The notes beneath the pieces are model-generated. The model searched no databases. It had not been told where the DNA came from and worked only from the letters and a program-made list of their open reading frames with translations. A stretch of 32,000 bases of DNA, from contig NZ_LT671858.1 in assembly GCF_900083515.1 (NCBI RefSeq), forward strand, positions 1,650,001 to 1,682,000. The letters are read 5' to 3'. The stretch comes from Cuniculiplasma divulgatum (lineage in GTDB: Archaea; Thermoplasmatota; Thermoplasmata; Thermoplasmatales; Thermoplasmataceae). Shown one piece after another: positions 14,788-24,741 of the stretch. Numbering within the stretch: position 1 is the first letter of the stretch; each line of letters begins with the position of its first letter. Both the position numbers and the translations under genes were made by a program.

Positions 14788-16275
14788 TTAGAATACCCCC
14801 TTTACGAAGCTTAGTATTGGACCAAAGAACAGATTTGGATATATCCCGAGGAGCAGTATGAGTATGAAGAGAAATGAAAGAAGTAATATTTCTGTTCCCT
14901 TTGCATCCTTAAGTTTTCCCATGTTTTCATTGAATGGGCCATTAAGAGTCTTTTGTACTACCCAGATGTGATAGGATGCAGTGATGATCATCCCAAAAAT
15001 AATTAGGAAAATAATGGCACCGATCACATAATATGATGATAATACGATAGATGCTTCGGCTATGAACCCTGCAAGTCCCGGAAGACCCAGTGAGGCCATT
15101 ATTCCTGCAAGGAAAAATGCTGAAATATATGGCATGTCCCTCCACAAACCGCTGACTGAAAGATTGGATTCTGTTCCAGCCCTCTGTTTAATTAGATACA
15201 GTGATGAAAAGACGAGACCCATTATGAGGCCATGTGCAAGTATTTGATAAATGCCCCCTGCATATGCTGTGTATGAGACCTGACCACTGGTGAGTATACC
15301 ATCTCCAAGGGATATGCTAATAAAACCCATTGAAGCCGCACTGGCATACGCCATCATCTTCTTGGTGTTTGTCTGAAACATAGCAGTTAGAGCAAAATAT
15401 ATCAGACTGAAAATGCCCAGTCCGATTATTGTCCATGCTATTCCTGCTCCAATGACTGATGCTATTGGCATCAGTACAGCAAAGAAACCATAACCTCCCA
15501 TAAGGGAAATGGCCCCAGCAAGTACAATGGTTACGGGGTATGGTGCAGATGTATATGCATCCGGTAACCATGAGTGAAGCGGGAAAGATGGCATTTTTAC
15601 CAGGAAGGCAAAGAAAAATCCAAATAGGGCAAAATATGTCCAGAATGGTACCTTATTAGTTATATCATTGATTATAAATGATGGATTTAACAGCGTCGAC
15701 ATGTTTAACGTAAAAACGTTTCCATGTGAAGAACCATAGTAAGAGAATAGTGTCAGTATGGAAAGCAGAAGGAAAACAGATCCTATTTGTGTATATACAA
15801 AGAATTTTAGTGATGCCTTTTCCTTTCTTGAATCCCCGTATATGGCGATTAAAAGGAATACAGGAATGATGATTGCCTCCCAGAATACATAGAAGAACAG
15901 GAAATTTCTTGAAATAAGCAATCCATAAAGCCCAACTTCAGTGAACATCATCAAGCCATAGAATCTTCTGTCAAATTTTTCATTCTTCGCTGTATATATA
16001 GCAGCAAACATTATGACAGTTGTCAGAAATAGAAGTGCTATGGAAAGACCATCCACACCAGTGCTGAACGTAATTCCTATTGATCTGTCAATTGGGTATG
16101 AACTTATGGAAATTAGCCCTCCCGTATATGATTGAAATCTTACAAGAGCATAAATTACAGTTAATACAAGAATTACGAAACTCTCTGTTACTGCAACTTC
16201 CCAAACCTTTTTTTTAAGGAGAATGGATACGATTGCGAATATTATGGTTAATAAAAATATATATAAAATAAACAT
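14788..16275 (-). CDS. nuoM: NADH-quinone oxidoreductase subunit M
   Basis: 495-aa antiporter-like protein with FFYVFWEAIIIP, HSWLPDAY and KKMMAYASAASMG motifs, in the position between L and N. Confidence 0.9.
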   Translation of the reverse strand: MFILYIFLLTIIFAIVSILLKKKVWEVAVTESFVILVLTVIYALVRFQSYTGGLISISSYPIDRSIGITFSTGVDGLSIALLFLTTVIMFAAIYTAKNEKFDRRFYGLMMFTEVGLYGLLISRNFLFFYVFWEAIIIPVFLLIAIYGDSRKEKASLKFFVYTQIGSVFLLLSILTLFSYYGSSHGNVFTLNMSTLLNPSFIINDITNKVPFWTYFALFGFFFAFLVKMPSFPLHSWLPDAYTSAPYPVTIVLAGAISLMGGYGFFAVLMPIASVIGAGIAWTIIGLGIFSLIYFALTAMFQTNTKKMMAYASAASMGFISISLGDGILTSGQVSYTAYAGGIYQILAHGLIMGLVFSSLYLIKQRAGTESNLSVSGLWRDMPYISAFFLAGIMASLGLPGLAGFIAEASIVLSSYYVIGAIIFLIIFGMIITASYHIWVVQKTLNGPFNENMGKLKDAKGTEILLLSFLFILILLLGIYPNLFFGPILSFVKGVF

Positions 16276-18168
16276 CTAAATCCCTCCAAGTAGCTCAAGG
16301 AGAAGCATCAGTATTGCCACACCTGCTATAAGAAATACGAAATAGTATTCCACCACACCATTCTCTATTCTCCTAAGTACTCCTCCAAATCCCATGGCTA
16401 CCTTTCCAGTTCCTTCGATGGAAATTGAGAATCCTTTCTCAAGCCTAGATACACCAGAAGAAAGTGGAAGGATTACCCTCTCTGCTATGACTCTAGTAAA
16501 TAAGGCATCCAGAAAGTACTTTGCCTTTAGAAGCCTGTAGACAGGGTTCCTGTCATAGTTCATTCTCTGCCATCTGGTTGTTGCATAGAGTCCTATGGTT
16601 ATGAGAACACCTATTACAACCATTGTTAATGGTGTATATTCAATGAACAATGGGACAACAACCCTTGTGGTGTCTGGTACTATAAAGTCATAGAAACGGT
16701 ACTGTATAAGCCCGAGTGTTAGAGATAGAAATGCAAGTATCATAAGTGGTATCAATACAACCTTTGGTGGATCTTTTGCCTCTTCTGCAAGCTTAGATCT
16801 TGGTTTACCAAGCGCCACCAGGAAGAACATTCTGAATGTGTAAAGAGCTGTCATTAAGGCACCTATAACCAGGAAAATCCAAGGTAGTATAGAATAAACG
16901 TTGCTACCATTCATTATGAAATAGTTATAAGCAACATCTATAATGGTATCTTTTGAGAAGAATGCTGCAGTGGGCGGTATGGCTGCCAGTGTTATGGAAC
17001 CAATGAACATCAGGGAAATTGTTACCGGCATCCTCTTCCAGAGACCACCCATTTTCTTTACATCTCTTAGTTCCATGAGAGTCAGTAAAATGACTCCGGC
17101 TGACATGAATAGTAATGCCTTGAAAACAGCGTGAACAACTAGATGATAGATAGAATAGCCTATCACACTCTCACCAAAGGTGGAAACCATTCCAAGCGCT
17201 GCCATCATATATCCTATCTGGGAGATTGTAGAATATGCAAGAATCCTTTTCAGGTCGTTTACTACTATCCCTATTGTTCCTGCAAACAATGCGGTAAACG
17301 CACCTATGTAAAGTACTGACTCTGCTGCCAGAGGTGTTGCATTGGCATAAAGTGGAAGTACCCTAGCTATAAGATATACACCGGCTGTTACCATTGTCGC
17401 AGCATGAATCAGCGCTGAAACTGTGGTAGGACCTTCCATTGCATCTGGAATCCATACATGTAATGGAAACTGTGCTGACTTACCGGCTGCTCCTCCCAGG
17501 AAGAGTAATCCTATAATGGTCAGGTTTTGTGCCCCTATTTCTGTGGCTATTGTGTGGGCATTGTTTATCAGATATGGTATGCTAAGTGGTGATGAAACTC
17601 CTCTTACTGTTAGGAGGGAATACAGAACAGCGAGCCCTATTATAAATAGCAGATCACCTACTCGTGTAACTATAAACGCCTTCTTTGCTGCAGAAGCTGC
17701 ATTTGGCTTGAAAAACCAGAATCCTACAAGGAGGTATGAACATAGTCCCACCAGTTCCCAGAACAGAAAGAATTCAAGAAGATTGGATGCAAGTATAAGA
17801 CCAAGCATTCCTCCTGTGAAAAGGGCTGTCTCCCCGAAGTATGTATTCTTCCTCGGGTCATCCTTCATATAATACATGGCAAAAAGATGAATCATTAGGG
17901 AGACAAATGATACCATTAATACCATTACAACTGCAAGGTGATCTACATATATTCCAGCGTTTATGTTATCAAACCAGTTATAACTCTGGTAAATTGGTGT
18001 GGATGTTCCTCTTATATTTAGCCATACAATTATTGAAAGTATGAGCGATATAAATATTGACAGTGACGCTAGTATACCAGCTGTTACTTTGCTTCTTTTT
18101 CCAGCAATGACGCTTATGGGTGCAAATATTATTGGTGTAAGGAATATGAACCATGCATAGTTTAACAT
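16276..18168 (-). CDS. nuoL: NADH-quinone oxidoreductase subunit L
   Basis: 630 aa with LFWELVGLCSYLLVGFW, QFPLHVWIPDAMEGPTTVSALIHAATMVTAGVY and KRILAYSTISQIGYM, plus the long C-terminal extension typical of subunit L. Confidence 0.93.
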   Translation of the reverse strand: MLNYAWFIFLTPIIFAPISVIAGKRSKVTAGILASLSIFISLILSIIVWLNIRGTSTPIYQSYNWFDNINAGIYVDHLAVVMVLMVSFVSLMIHLFAMYYMKDDPRKNTYFGETALFTGGMLGLILASNLLEFFLFWELVGLCSYLLVGFWFFKPNAASAAKKAFIVTRVGDLLFIIGLAVLYSLLTVRGVSSPLSIPYLINNAHTIATEIGAQNLTIIGLLFLGGAAGKSAQFPLHVWIPDAMEGPTTVSALIHAATMVTAGVYLIARVLPLYANATPLAAESVLYIGAFTALFAGTIGIVVNDLKRILAYSTISQIGYMMAALGMVSTFGESVIGYSIYHLVVHAVFKALLFMSAGVILLTLMELRDVKKMGGLWKRMPVTISLMFIGSITLAAIPPTAAFFSKDTIIDVAYNYFIMNGSNVYSILPWIFLVIGALMTALYTFRMFFLVALGKPRSKLAEEAKDPPKVVLIPLMILAFLSLTLGLIQYRFYDFIVPDTTRVVVPLFIEYTPLTMVVIGVLITIGLYATTRWQRMNYDRNPVYRLLKAKYFLDALFTRVIAERVILPLSSGVSRLEKGFSISIEGTGKVAMGFGGVLRRIENGVVEYYFVFLIAGVAILMLLLELLGGI

Positions 18169-18169
18169 T

Positions 18170-18469
18170 TTACCACCTTATCTCCTTCAGCAACGAAATA
18201 TCAATCTTGCCGAATTTCCTGTATATCGAAACCAGTATACTTATTCCAACTGCAGATTCTACTGCAGCAATTGCAATTGTGAAAAGGGCCATAACTAGTG
18301 GATCTACCTTTCCTGTGCCAATAGCTGCTGAGACTAGACTCAGTATGGCCCCATTCAACAGTATTTCAACTGAAATTAGCATCTTGATCCCCACTTTTGA
18401 TACCATTATGCCGTAGAGACCTATGGTGAATAGCGCTAATGAGATTAACTGAACTATGAACTGATCCAT
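18170..18469 (-). CDS. nuoK: NADH-quinone oxidoreductase subunit K
   Basis: 99-aa protein with 3 TM helices and LISVEILLNG...ESAVGISILVSIYR, typical of NuoK/ND4L. Confidence 0.9.
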   Translation of the reverse strand: MDQFIVQLISLALFTIGLYGIMVSKVGIKMLISVEILLNGAILSLVSAAIGTGKVDPLVMALFTIAIAAVESAVGISILVSIYRKFGKIDISLLKEIRW

Positions 18470-18688
18470 TTATTCATCATCCTCCGCTGTATGAAACATT
18501 CCTATAATTCCTGCTACCAGTACGACAGAAAGAAGTTCAAATGGTATAATGTACGTACTGAATAACTCCTTTGATATGCCAGTTATGCTCTGCTGGGTGG
18601 GTACATATGTTCCAGAAATACTAACGACTGAGACAGCCATTACTATGAAGAACAGAATTGCAGATATGGAAGCCGGAATTTTATTCAA
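18470..18688 (-). CDS. nuoJ: NADH-quinone oxidoreductase subunit J, C-terminal half (split nuoJ, part 2)
   Basis: 72 aa with LFSTYIIPFELLSVVLVAGIIGM, the conserved last TM helix of NuoJ/ND6. The only start that keeps the preceding TM helix is TTG at 18688, overlapping part 1 by 8 nt in the +1 frame. Confidence 0.75.
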   Translation of the reverse strand: MNKIPASISAILFFIVMAVSVVSISGTYVPTQQSITGISKELFSTYIIPFELLSVVLVAGIIGMFHTAEDDE

Positions 18689-18929
18689 TTTCCTTACCTC
18701 CTGTTATCATCATTGTAAATACCAGAAGGGCACTGACTGCTCCAACATAAACAAGCAACTCTATTGCTCCTACCAGTGTTGCTCCAAGAAATATAAAATT
18801 TGCAGAAAGTACGAAAAGGAATGCCATGAGGAATATGATACTTCTAACAATATCTTTCTGTTCCACAGAAATTGCTGCAAGAACTACGAGAATTATTGCG
18901 AATATAATTGTAATTATTGTAAAGATCAT
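18681..18929 (-). CDS. nuoJ: NADH-quinone oxidoreductase subunit J, N-terminal half (split nuoJ, part 1)
   Basis: 82 aa with 3 TM helices. SIIFLMAFLFVLSANFIFLGATLVGAIELLVYVGAVSALLVFTMM matches the NuoJ TM2-TM3 region (...f.a..q.lVYaGAi.vLflFviMl). Confidence 0.8.
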   Translation of the reverse strand: MIFTIITIIFAIILVVLAAISVEQKDIVRSIIFLMAFLFVLSANFIFLGATLVGAIELLVYVGAVSALLVFTMMITGGKEIE

Positions 18930-19366
18930 CTTCTTACCTCGTCCTCCCCTTTCTCAAGGTCTGTAGGAGAGTATAAGAAATTGTTCTTAGTTCTTGCAGT
19001 CTCGAACACTTCCTTAAGATATATAGCATCTGTTGGGCAGATCTCCTCGCAGTTCCTGCATACTGTACATGTACCAAAATTGACTGTTGGGTATATCTTC
19101 CTCTTATTTCTCTGATTCTCCTTGTCCAGATTCATCATGGTGATTGAGAGATTTGGGCATACCTGTTCACAAAGTGTGCAACCTACACAGTCATCAGTGC
19201 TCAGATAGACTCTGAATCTGAATCTATCTGGTATTTCACCCTTAACTTCTGGATACTGAACTGTGACAGGCTTTTGAAAGAGATGCTTGAATACGGTAAA
19301 CATCCCCATAACGGAACCGATTATTGGAATTCTCTTGGGTTCCTTCACTTCTTTTATTTCTATCAT
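18926..19366 (-). CDS. nuoI: NADH-quinone oxidoreductase subunit I (2x[4Fe-4S] ferredoxin-type)
   Basis: Two ferredoxin motifs, CVGCTLCEQVCP and CTVCRNCEEICP. The ATG at 19366 (MIEIKEV...) forms an ATGA overlap with the nuoH stop. The track's longer start at 19438 would overlap nuoH by 76 nt. Confidence 0.9.
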   Translation of the reverse strand: MIEIKEVKEPKRIPIIGSVMGMFTVFKHLFQKPVTVQYPEVKGEIPDRFRFRVYLSTDDCVGCTLCEQVCPNLSITMMNLDKENQRNKRKIYPTVNFGTCTVCRNCEEICPTDAIYLKEVFETARTKNNFLYSPTDLEKGEDEVRR

Positions 19367-20403
19367 GCTATCCCTCCAAATATTATGATTCCAGTAATTA
19401 TCAGGTTGATAAATGAGATTGGTAGTAAATACTTCCATCCAAAGTTCACGAACTTATCTATTCTTACCCTTGGCATTGATAGCCAGATTGTAAGTGATAT
19501 AACTACCAGCACAAGTGTCTTTATCATAAGCCATATAAATCCAGCATAGTTTGTGTATGGCCCAAGATATCCACCAAGATATATGGTGCTTATAAGCATT
19601 GAACCAAGGAAGATTGTTCCAAATAATCCAAGGTAAAAAAGACCGAATCTTAGACCACTGTACTCTGTGGTGTTTCCAGTGACAAGTTCACTATCACTTT
19701 CGCCCATATCAAATGGTGAATATGATGCCCTTGCAGCCATGGATATTAGGAAAACGAAAAATCCTAAAGGTTCCAGAATGGCAAAAGGTATTGACTGGGC
19801 AACAACAACTCCGTTTATGTCCAGTGGATCAGACACCTTGACTGATGCCATCATCACAACCGCAAGGATGGAAAGCATCATTGGAACTTCAAAAGATATA
19901 TCCTTCGCAACACCTCTGAGTGCCCCAAGTACAGCATACTTGTTGTTTGAGCTTATTCCAGATAATATTTCTCCTATGGGCATTATGGCTATTAATGCGA
20001 ATAATATGATAATACTCACATCAGAATGAGATACTGTAAGCTGTCCAAACCATGCAAGAGGCCCGTATGGAATGAATATAAATCCCATGATCAGTCCAAA
20101 GAATATTAGGATAGGAGCGACCTTGTATGCAAGATCATCTCTTCCTTCTGGTAAGATTGATTCTTTCTGTATTAGTTTCAGACCGTCAGCCATCACCTGT
20201 AATACTCCTCCCTTGCCCACCCTGTTCGGTCCGATTCTCATTTGGACCCTTGCCATATATTTCCTGAAGAAATACACCATGCCAGCGACAACGACTGTGG
20301 CAAATATTATTACTATCAGGGTTTCAATTATATATGCCAGAATGTATGAAGGATAGTGCCCCAGAACTGATAATATATCAGCTATCCTCAGGAGCAAATT
20401 CAT
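19363..20403 (-). CDS. nuoH: NADH-quinone oxidoreductase subunit H
   Basis: 346 aa, polytopic. RKYMARVQMRIGPNRVG..GVLQ..ADGLKL and PFDMGESDSELVTGNTTEYSG are NuoH/ND1 hallmarks. Confidence 0.93.
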   Translation of the reverse strand: MNLLLRIADILSVLGHYPSYILAYIIETLIVIIFATVVVAGMVYFFRKYMARVQMRIGPNRVGKGGVLQVMADGLKLIQKESILPEGRDDLAYKVAPILIFFGLIMGFIFIPYGPLAWFGQLTVSHSDVSIIILFALIAIMPIGEILSGISSNNKYAVLGALRGVAKDISFEVPMMLSILAVVMMASVKVSDPLDINGVVVAQSIPFAILEPLGFFVFLISMAARASYSPFDMGESDSELVTGNTTEYSGLRFGLFYLGLFGTIFLGSMLISTIYLGGYLGPYTNYAGFIWLMIKTLVLVVISLTIWLSMPRVRIDKFVNFGWKYLLPISFINLIITGIIIFGGIA

Positions 20404-21533
20404 CTATCCACCTCTCCAAATACCAGATCTATGGAGCCTGAAATTGCGACCATGTCTGCAATCAGTACATCCTTTGCAAGATAAGGTAGTACAGAAAGAT
20501 TCTTGAATGATGGACTTCTGACGTGAACCCTGTATGGTTTTACAGATCCGTCTCCCACCAGATATACACCAAATTCACCTTTCGTTGATTCTGTTCTTGC
20601 ATACACATCTCCTTCTCCTCTCAGTCTTACCATAAGTGATTTCTTTGCTTTTGGGTTGAAATAAGGTCCGTCAGGTATCTTGTCCAGAGCCTGATTTATT
20701 ATCCTCACTGATTGCCTCATTTCCTCAAATCTGACTACAAACCTGGCAAGTACATCTTTTCTCTTTGATATTGGAATATCAAAATTTACTTTGTCGTATG
20801 CAAGATATGGTTCTGCCTTACGTACATCATATGGTATTCCGGACGCTCTCAGCATTGGACCTGTTACTCCATAGTCCAGTGCAACTTCTGGTTCAAGTAT
20901 ACCCACATTCTTTGTTCTTGATATAAAAATATCATTCTTTGCAAACAGGTTATAGACCTCGTCGAGTTTCTTCGGAAACTGCTTTGTAAACTCCTTTATC
21001 TTATAAATTATCTTATCATTGAAATCCTGATAGACACCGCCTATGCTCATATAGTTTGTTTCCTGTCTGGAGCCACATATTTCTGTGAACAGATCCAGAA
21101 CTTTTTCCCTCTGTTCGAATACATAGAAGAAAGGTGTAAGCATTCCAAGATCCAGCCCAAAGGCGCCTGCCCATACAAGATGCGAGGCAATCCTGTTGAG
21201 TTCAGCCATGACTGTTCTTATCCATACCACTCTTTCTGGAGGTTCTATATTAAGGAGCTTTTCTGCAGCCTCAAGATAACCCACTTCCATGTTCATTGCT
21301 GCTACATAATCCATCCTGTCGAAATATATTAGAGCATCACAGTAGAAATCAAGTTCACATATTTTTTCAGCGTTTCTGTGAAGATATCCTATAACAGGTT
21401 CTACCTTCTTCACTGTTTCTCCATCCAGCAATAATTTTAATCTGAGCACTCCGTGAGTTGATGGGTGTTGCGGACCCATATTAAGCTCAATATATTTCTC
21501 TTTCAGTCCGTCTTTCTCCATCATTGTTACCAC
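20400..21533 (-). CDS. nuoD: NADH-quinone oxidoreductase subunit D (49 kDa / NiFe-hydrogenase large-subunit-like)
   Basis: 377 aa with [26 protein letters not shown] and a C-terminus ...[11 protein letters not shown]. The track start at 21533 is a GTG; ATGs at 21524 and 21521 are alternatives. Confidence 0.93.
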   Translation of the reverse strand: MVTMMEKDGLKEKYIELNMGPQHPSTHGVLRLKLLLDGETVKKVEPVIGYLHRNAEKICELDFYCDALIYFDRMDYVAAMNMEVGYLEAAEKLLNIEPPERVVWIRTVMAELNRIASHLVWAGAFGLDLGMLTPFFYVFEQREKVLDLFTEICGSRQETNYMSIGGVYQDFNDKIIYKIKEFTKQFPKKLDEVYNLFAKNDIFISRTKNVGILEPEVALDYGVTGPMLRASGIPYDVRKAEPYLAYDKVNFDIPISKRKDVLARFVVRFEEMRQSVRIINQALDKIPDGPYFNPKAKKSLMVRLRGEGDVYARTESTKGEFGVYLVGDGSVKPYRVHVRSPSFKNLSVLPYLAKDVLIADMVAISGSIDLVFGEVDR

Positions 21534-21994
21534 CCATCTCCCGGATCAAAGCTTACCTGATCGTTTCCTTCATCATCCATGTTTACATACTGTATCTTAC
21601 TCAGATCGTAGTCCTTTCTTAATGGGTACCCAACCCATCCCTCTGGCAGCAGTATTCTTTTGAGATTAGGGTGACCCTCGAATATTATCCCCATCATATC
21701 ATACTGCTCTCTTTCATCCCAGTTTGCGCTTTCGAAAAGTGATGTAACACTTGGCATTCTAGAATCTCTAGTTTCTGATTTTATAACAAGCATTTCCTCT
21801 GTTTTTGAATTGGTGAGATGATACACAACTTCAACCCTGTCCCTAAAATCAACTGTGCTTATGAGACTGAGTGAATCGAATCCTCCGTTCTTCATATCTT
21901 TCATAAGGTCCAGCAGGTCTTCTTTAGGTATCCTCAGAACCTTTCTGCCATCCTTGCTTTTTTCTTCCTTAACTTCATAGGCCATCAGGTTCAC
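21527..21994 (-). CDS. nuoC: NADH-quinone oxidoreductase subunit C (30 kDa)
   Basis: 155 aa with [47 protein letters not shown], the NuoC signature. GTG start at 21994 (GTGA overlap with the nuoB stop) or ATG at 21985. Confidence 0.92.
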   Translation of the reverse strand: MNLMAYEVKEEKSKDGRKVLRIPKEDLLDLMKDMKNGGFDSLSLISTVDFRDRVEVVYHLTNSKTEEMLVIKSETRDSRMPSVTSLFESANWDEREQYDMMGIIFEGHPNLKRILLPEGWVGYPLRKDYDLSKIQYVNMDDEGNDQVSFDPGDGW

Positions 21995-22455
21995 CTCTCT
22001 GCTTCATTTCTTATTTTTTTCTGTAAAAGTATTATCCCATTTGTCAGTGCTTCTGGTGTTGGAGGGCATCCTGGAACGTACACATCCACAGGTACAACCC
22101 TGTCAACACCAAGAACTACCGAATAACCCTGGTTATAAGGTCCACCCTGAATCACACATACTCCCATTGCGATAACGTATTTCGGGTACGGCATTTCATC
22201 ATATAATCTTCTGAGCCTTGGTGCCATTTTCTTGGTTACTGTACCTGAAACGATCATTAAATCGGACTGCCTGGGAGAGTTTCTGAATACTTCACTACCG
22301 AATCTTGAGACATCAAGCCTTGATGCCTGTACCGCCATCATCTCAATTGCACAGCATGCGAGTCCAAAGGTTAGTGGCCATATGGAATTACTCCTTGCCC
22401 ATTCCATAGCCTTATCCAGTGTTGTAGTTACAAAGCCTGTATCACCAGTTTTCAT
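21991..22455 (-). CDS. nuoB: NADH-quinone oxidoreductase subunit B (20 kDa, N2 cluster)
   Basis: 154 aa with [36 protein letters not shown] and VPGCPP, the four Cys ligands of cluster N2. ATGA overlap with the nuoA stop. Confidence 0.94.
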   Translation of the reverse strand: MKTGDTGFVTTTLDKAMEWARSNSIWPLTFGLACCAIEMMAVQASRLDVSRFGSEVFRNSPRQSDLMIVSGTVTKKMAPRLRRLYDEMPYPKYVIAMGVCVIQGGPYNQGYSVVLGVDRVVPVDVYVPGCPPTPEALTNGIILLQKKIRNEAER

Positions 22456-22892
22456 TTAATCCACCTCATATACCCCTTTCTGAACGCATAAAAAACCACA
22501 CTCATAGGCATTGAAATAAAAATTATTGTCTCAATGAATGCATATACACCAAGACTCTTAAAATCGTATGCCCATGGAAGAAGCAACGCCATATCAACAT
22601 CAAAAAGTATGAAAAGAAGCACTATTACGTAATACTGTACCCTTACAAATGAACGATATGAACCTCTTGCAACTTCTCCAGACTCATAAGGCTTTGTATA
22701 TACAGAGCCCTTCAAGGGAGAGGATTCCTTTGAAAGATTAGATATTATGTCTGAAGGTTTGAATGAAATCTTTGCCGCTGGACCTTTTGCCCTCCCCTTA
22801 TCCAGACTTGGGAGAATTGTGAAGACAAGGTACATAGCCAGTGCCAGTAAAATGATTGTAATGAGCGCAGGTATGTATCCATACAGTAACAT
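22452..22892 (-). CDS. nuoA: NADH-quinone oxidoreductase subunit A
   Basis: 146 aa with 3 TM helices. KPYESGE...[12 protein letters not shown] is the NuoA/ND3 pattern. It is the first gene of the nuo operon. Confidence 0.88.
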   Translation of the reverse strand: MLLYGYIPALITIILLALAMYLVFTILPSLDKGRAKGPAAKISFKPSDIISNLSKESSPLKGSVYTKPYESGEVARGSYRSFVRVQYYVIVLLFILFDVDMALLLPWAYDFKSLGVYAFIETIIFISMPMSVVFYAFRKGYMRWIK

Positions 22893-22911
22893 AGTTCCAT
22901 ATTTTAGGAAA

Positions 22912-22919
22912 ATATTTAA
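22912..22919 (-). promoter_or_regulatory. TATA-like box TTAAATAT 20-27 nt upstream of the nuoA ATG (leaderless-type promoter)
   Basis: The minus strand reads TTAAATATTTTCCTAAAATATGGAACT-ATG. The box sits in the 34-nt gap between the gatE stop and the nuoA start. Its spacing puts the transcription start at or near the ATG. Confidence 0.4.
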
Positions 22920-22926
22920 GTGTTGT

Positions 22927-24741
22927 TTAATTTGAATCCTTATTTCTTACCGTGTTTATTAACCTGGCAACAATTGATGGATCAATTACACCTTCATTCA
23001 TAGAATTGAGCTTTCTCACTATATCAGTCATGTTTGAGTTTATGTCTATGTCACATTTTTTTATAAGATTCATTATGGATTCCTCAGAAACTGGTTTTAG
23101 CAAATTGAGATTTAGTATTTCCTTGACTGAGTTACCTGAATACAGCATATCAATTGCTCTTTCCATCGAATATCTTCCCAGTGAGTTCTTGATGCAGTAT
23201 TCAATTACAATCCGTATTTGATCCCAGCTTACCTCTTTCCCGTATTTTTTATTCATCTCTGGTATGGTCTGGTTTATTATTCTGGATAATACCTTTCCAT
23301 TTTTTTCATTAGCCAGGAGTGCAAATTTTTCAAGCTTTCCGTCGGATATAATTGTTTCGGCATCCTGAATTGATATTCCGTACTTCCTGCTAATACTACT
23401 TGTGAAAGATTCCAGCCCTTCTGGAATTTCCTCAGAAGCTTCTTCCAATATTTGCCCATCTATTTTAATCACCGGAATATCTGTCTCAGGATACATCCTG
23501 CTGCTCCCAGATAGTGGCCTCATATACCTCGTGGTATTGTCTTCCAGTGCTGCTCTTGTTTCTGAGAAATCCAGTGACAGTAATTTTTCAATTCTTTCTT
23601 TTATTACAGTAGATGCATCCTGGACTTTATCTGGCTCTATGATCAGTAAGAGGAAAGAATCATTATCTTTCAAACTGAAATATTCTGTTATGGTTTCCCT
23701 CTCATTGATTGTAAGTCCATAGGCTGGTAGCTCCTCATAGTGAATTACACCCTTTATGTTTATCTGTTTCAGTGCATCAGCAATCTCACGACCAAATCTG
23801 AAATGATCTGTTTTCATCACTCCCCTGAAGTTTGCGAGTTTTGTTGCATATATTTTTTTTCCGTCATTCAGTCCTTTCCATATTATTTTTGAGTCTGTAT
23901 CCGTAAGAAGAGGTGTAACATCACTGAATTCCAGTTTTTCGAATCCACCATTTGCTTTTACCCTTTTTACTGCTTCTGCCAGCCACTTCTGTCTATCTGC
24001 TTCATTTTCAAGAATTTCTCTGAAAGCGGATAGTTTTGAAACTCCCTTTATCTCTACTCTTCCATATCCCATGGAGAAATTTACATCCTGCCTTATGGCG
24101 TCTGCCCCTTTTCGTAAAAGGCCCATAACAAGCATCCTGTTTCCTATTTCCCTTGCTATGGACATTGCATCTTCTGCGCTTTTCATGTCTGGAGAGGTTG
24201 AAATCTCTATAAGTGGTAACCCCAGTCTGTCCAGAGAATATACAACCATATTGGCTTTTTCCTCTACCTTTCTGCATGAGTCTTCTTCCAGACATATGGT
24301 TGTTATTCCAGCCAATGCCTTTCCTGATTTGATTTCTCCTCCGATTCCAATAAGTGAAGTTCTCTGAAAGCCACTGGTGTTTGATCCATCAATAACCACC
24401 TTCCTCATTACGGAAACTCTGTCCATTATGGAGGAACTGAATGCCATGGACATTGCAAGTGCTGCTTTCAGAGCCTTTCGATTTATCTCTAATGGAGGTT
24501 CCTCATCTGCTTCGACTAGACAGGAATTTTCTGAAACAATGTACTTGAATAGCCTGTCACGTGCCTCTTCATAATATGTTGATATATCTTTGGACCCTAT
24601 TTCGCCGGATGATGAGTGAAGCCTTCTAATAAATGATTCTTCTAAAAGCTGACCCTCTGTATTACACTTGCAGAAAAGCTTTCCCACGTCGATCTGCATA
24701 TGCACTTCGAGACCTATCATCGTATTATCCGGTAATACCAT
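22927..24741 (-). CDS. gatE: Glutamyl-tRNA(Gln) amidotransferase subunit E
   Basis: 604 aa with GLEVHMQI...KLFC, LVEADEEPP, RKVVIDGSNTSGFQRT and MRPLSGSSRMYPETDIP, which are GatE (GatB-like) motifs. Its ATG shares a nucleotide with the gatD stop. Confidence 0.94.
   Translation of the reverse strand: MVLPDNTMIGLEVHMQIDVGKLFCKCNTEGQLLEESFIRRLHSSSGEIGSKDISTYYEEARDRLFKYIVSENSCLVEADEEPPLEINRKALKAALAMSMAFSSSIMDRVSVMRKVVIDGSNTSGFQRTSLIGIGGEIKSGKALAGITTICLEEDSCRKVEEKANMVVYSLDRLGLPLIEISTSPDMKSAEDAMSIAREIGNRMLVMGLLRKGADAIRQDVNFSMGYGRVEIKGVSKLSAFREILENEADRQKWLAEAVKRVKANGGFEKLEFSDVTPLLTDTDSKIIWKGLNDGKKIYATKLANFRGVMKTDHFRFGREIADALKQINIKGVIHYEELPAYGLTINERETITEYFSLKDNDSFLLLIIEPDKVQDASTVIKERIEKLLSLDFSETRAALEDNTTRYMRPLSGSSRMYPETDIPVIKIDGQILEEASEEIPEGLESFTSSISRKYGISIQDAETIISDGKLEKFALLANEKNGKVLSRIINQTIPEMNKKYGKEVSWDQIRIVIEYCIKNSLGRYSMERAIDMLYSGNSVKEILNLNLLKPVSEESIMNLIKKCDIDINSNMTDIVRKLNSMNEGVIDPSIVARLINTVRNKDSN

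Noticed and set aside
17423-17872. 149-aa plus-strand ORF inside nuoL, and similar 60-100-aa antisense ORFs in nuoM, nuoH, gatE, gatD and ACAD
   Set aside because: All are antisense or out of frame relative to well-supported conserved genes. They have Pro/Arg/Ser-rich or low-information composition, and no promoter or SD context was noted.
18549-19115. 188-aa Cys-rich plus-strand ORF (CYHHCKYQKGTDCS...CCSKKYKICRKYEKECHEEY...) that superficially resembles a metal-binding or secreted Cys-rich protein
   Set aside because: It is exactly antisense to nuoJ part 1/part 2 and nuoI, all of which have strong family motifs. The Cys/Tyr/Lys richness is the expected complement of Ala/Thr/Ile/Phe-rich membrane-protein codons in AT-rich DNA.
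23853-23860. T8/A8 homopolymers inside coding regions (also 16208..16215 in nuoM) as possible slippage sites
   Set aside because: A/T runs encoding Lys-Lys are frequent and expected at this AT content, and they occur in essential housekeeping genes. Unlike the unique G9 tract, they are not compositionally unusual.
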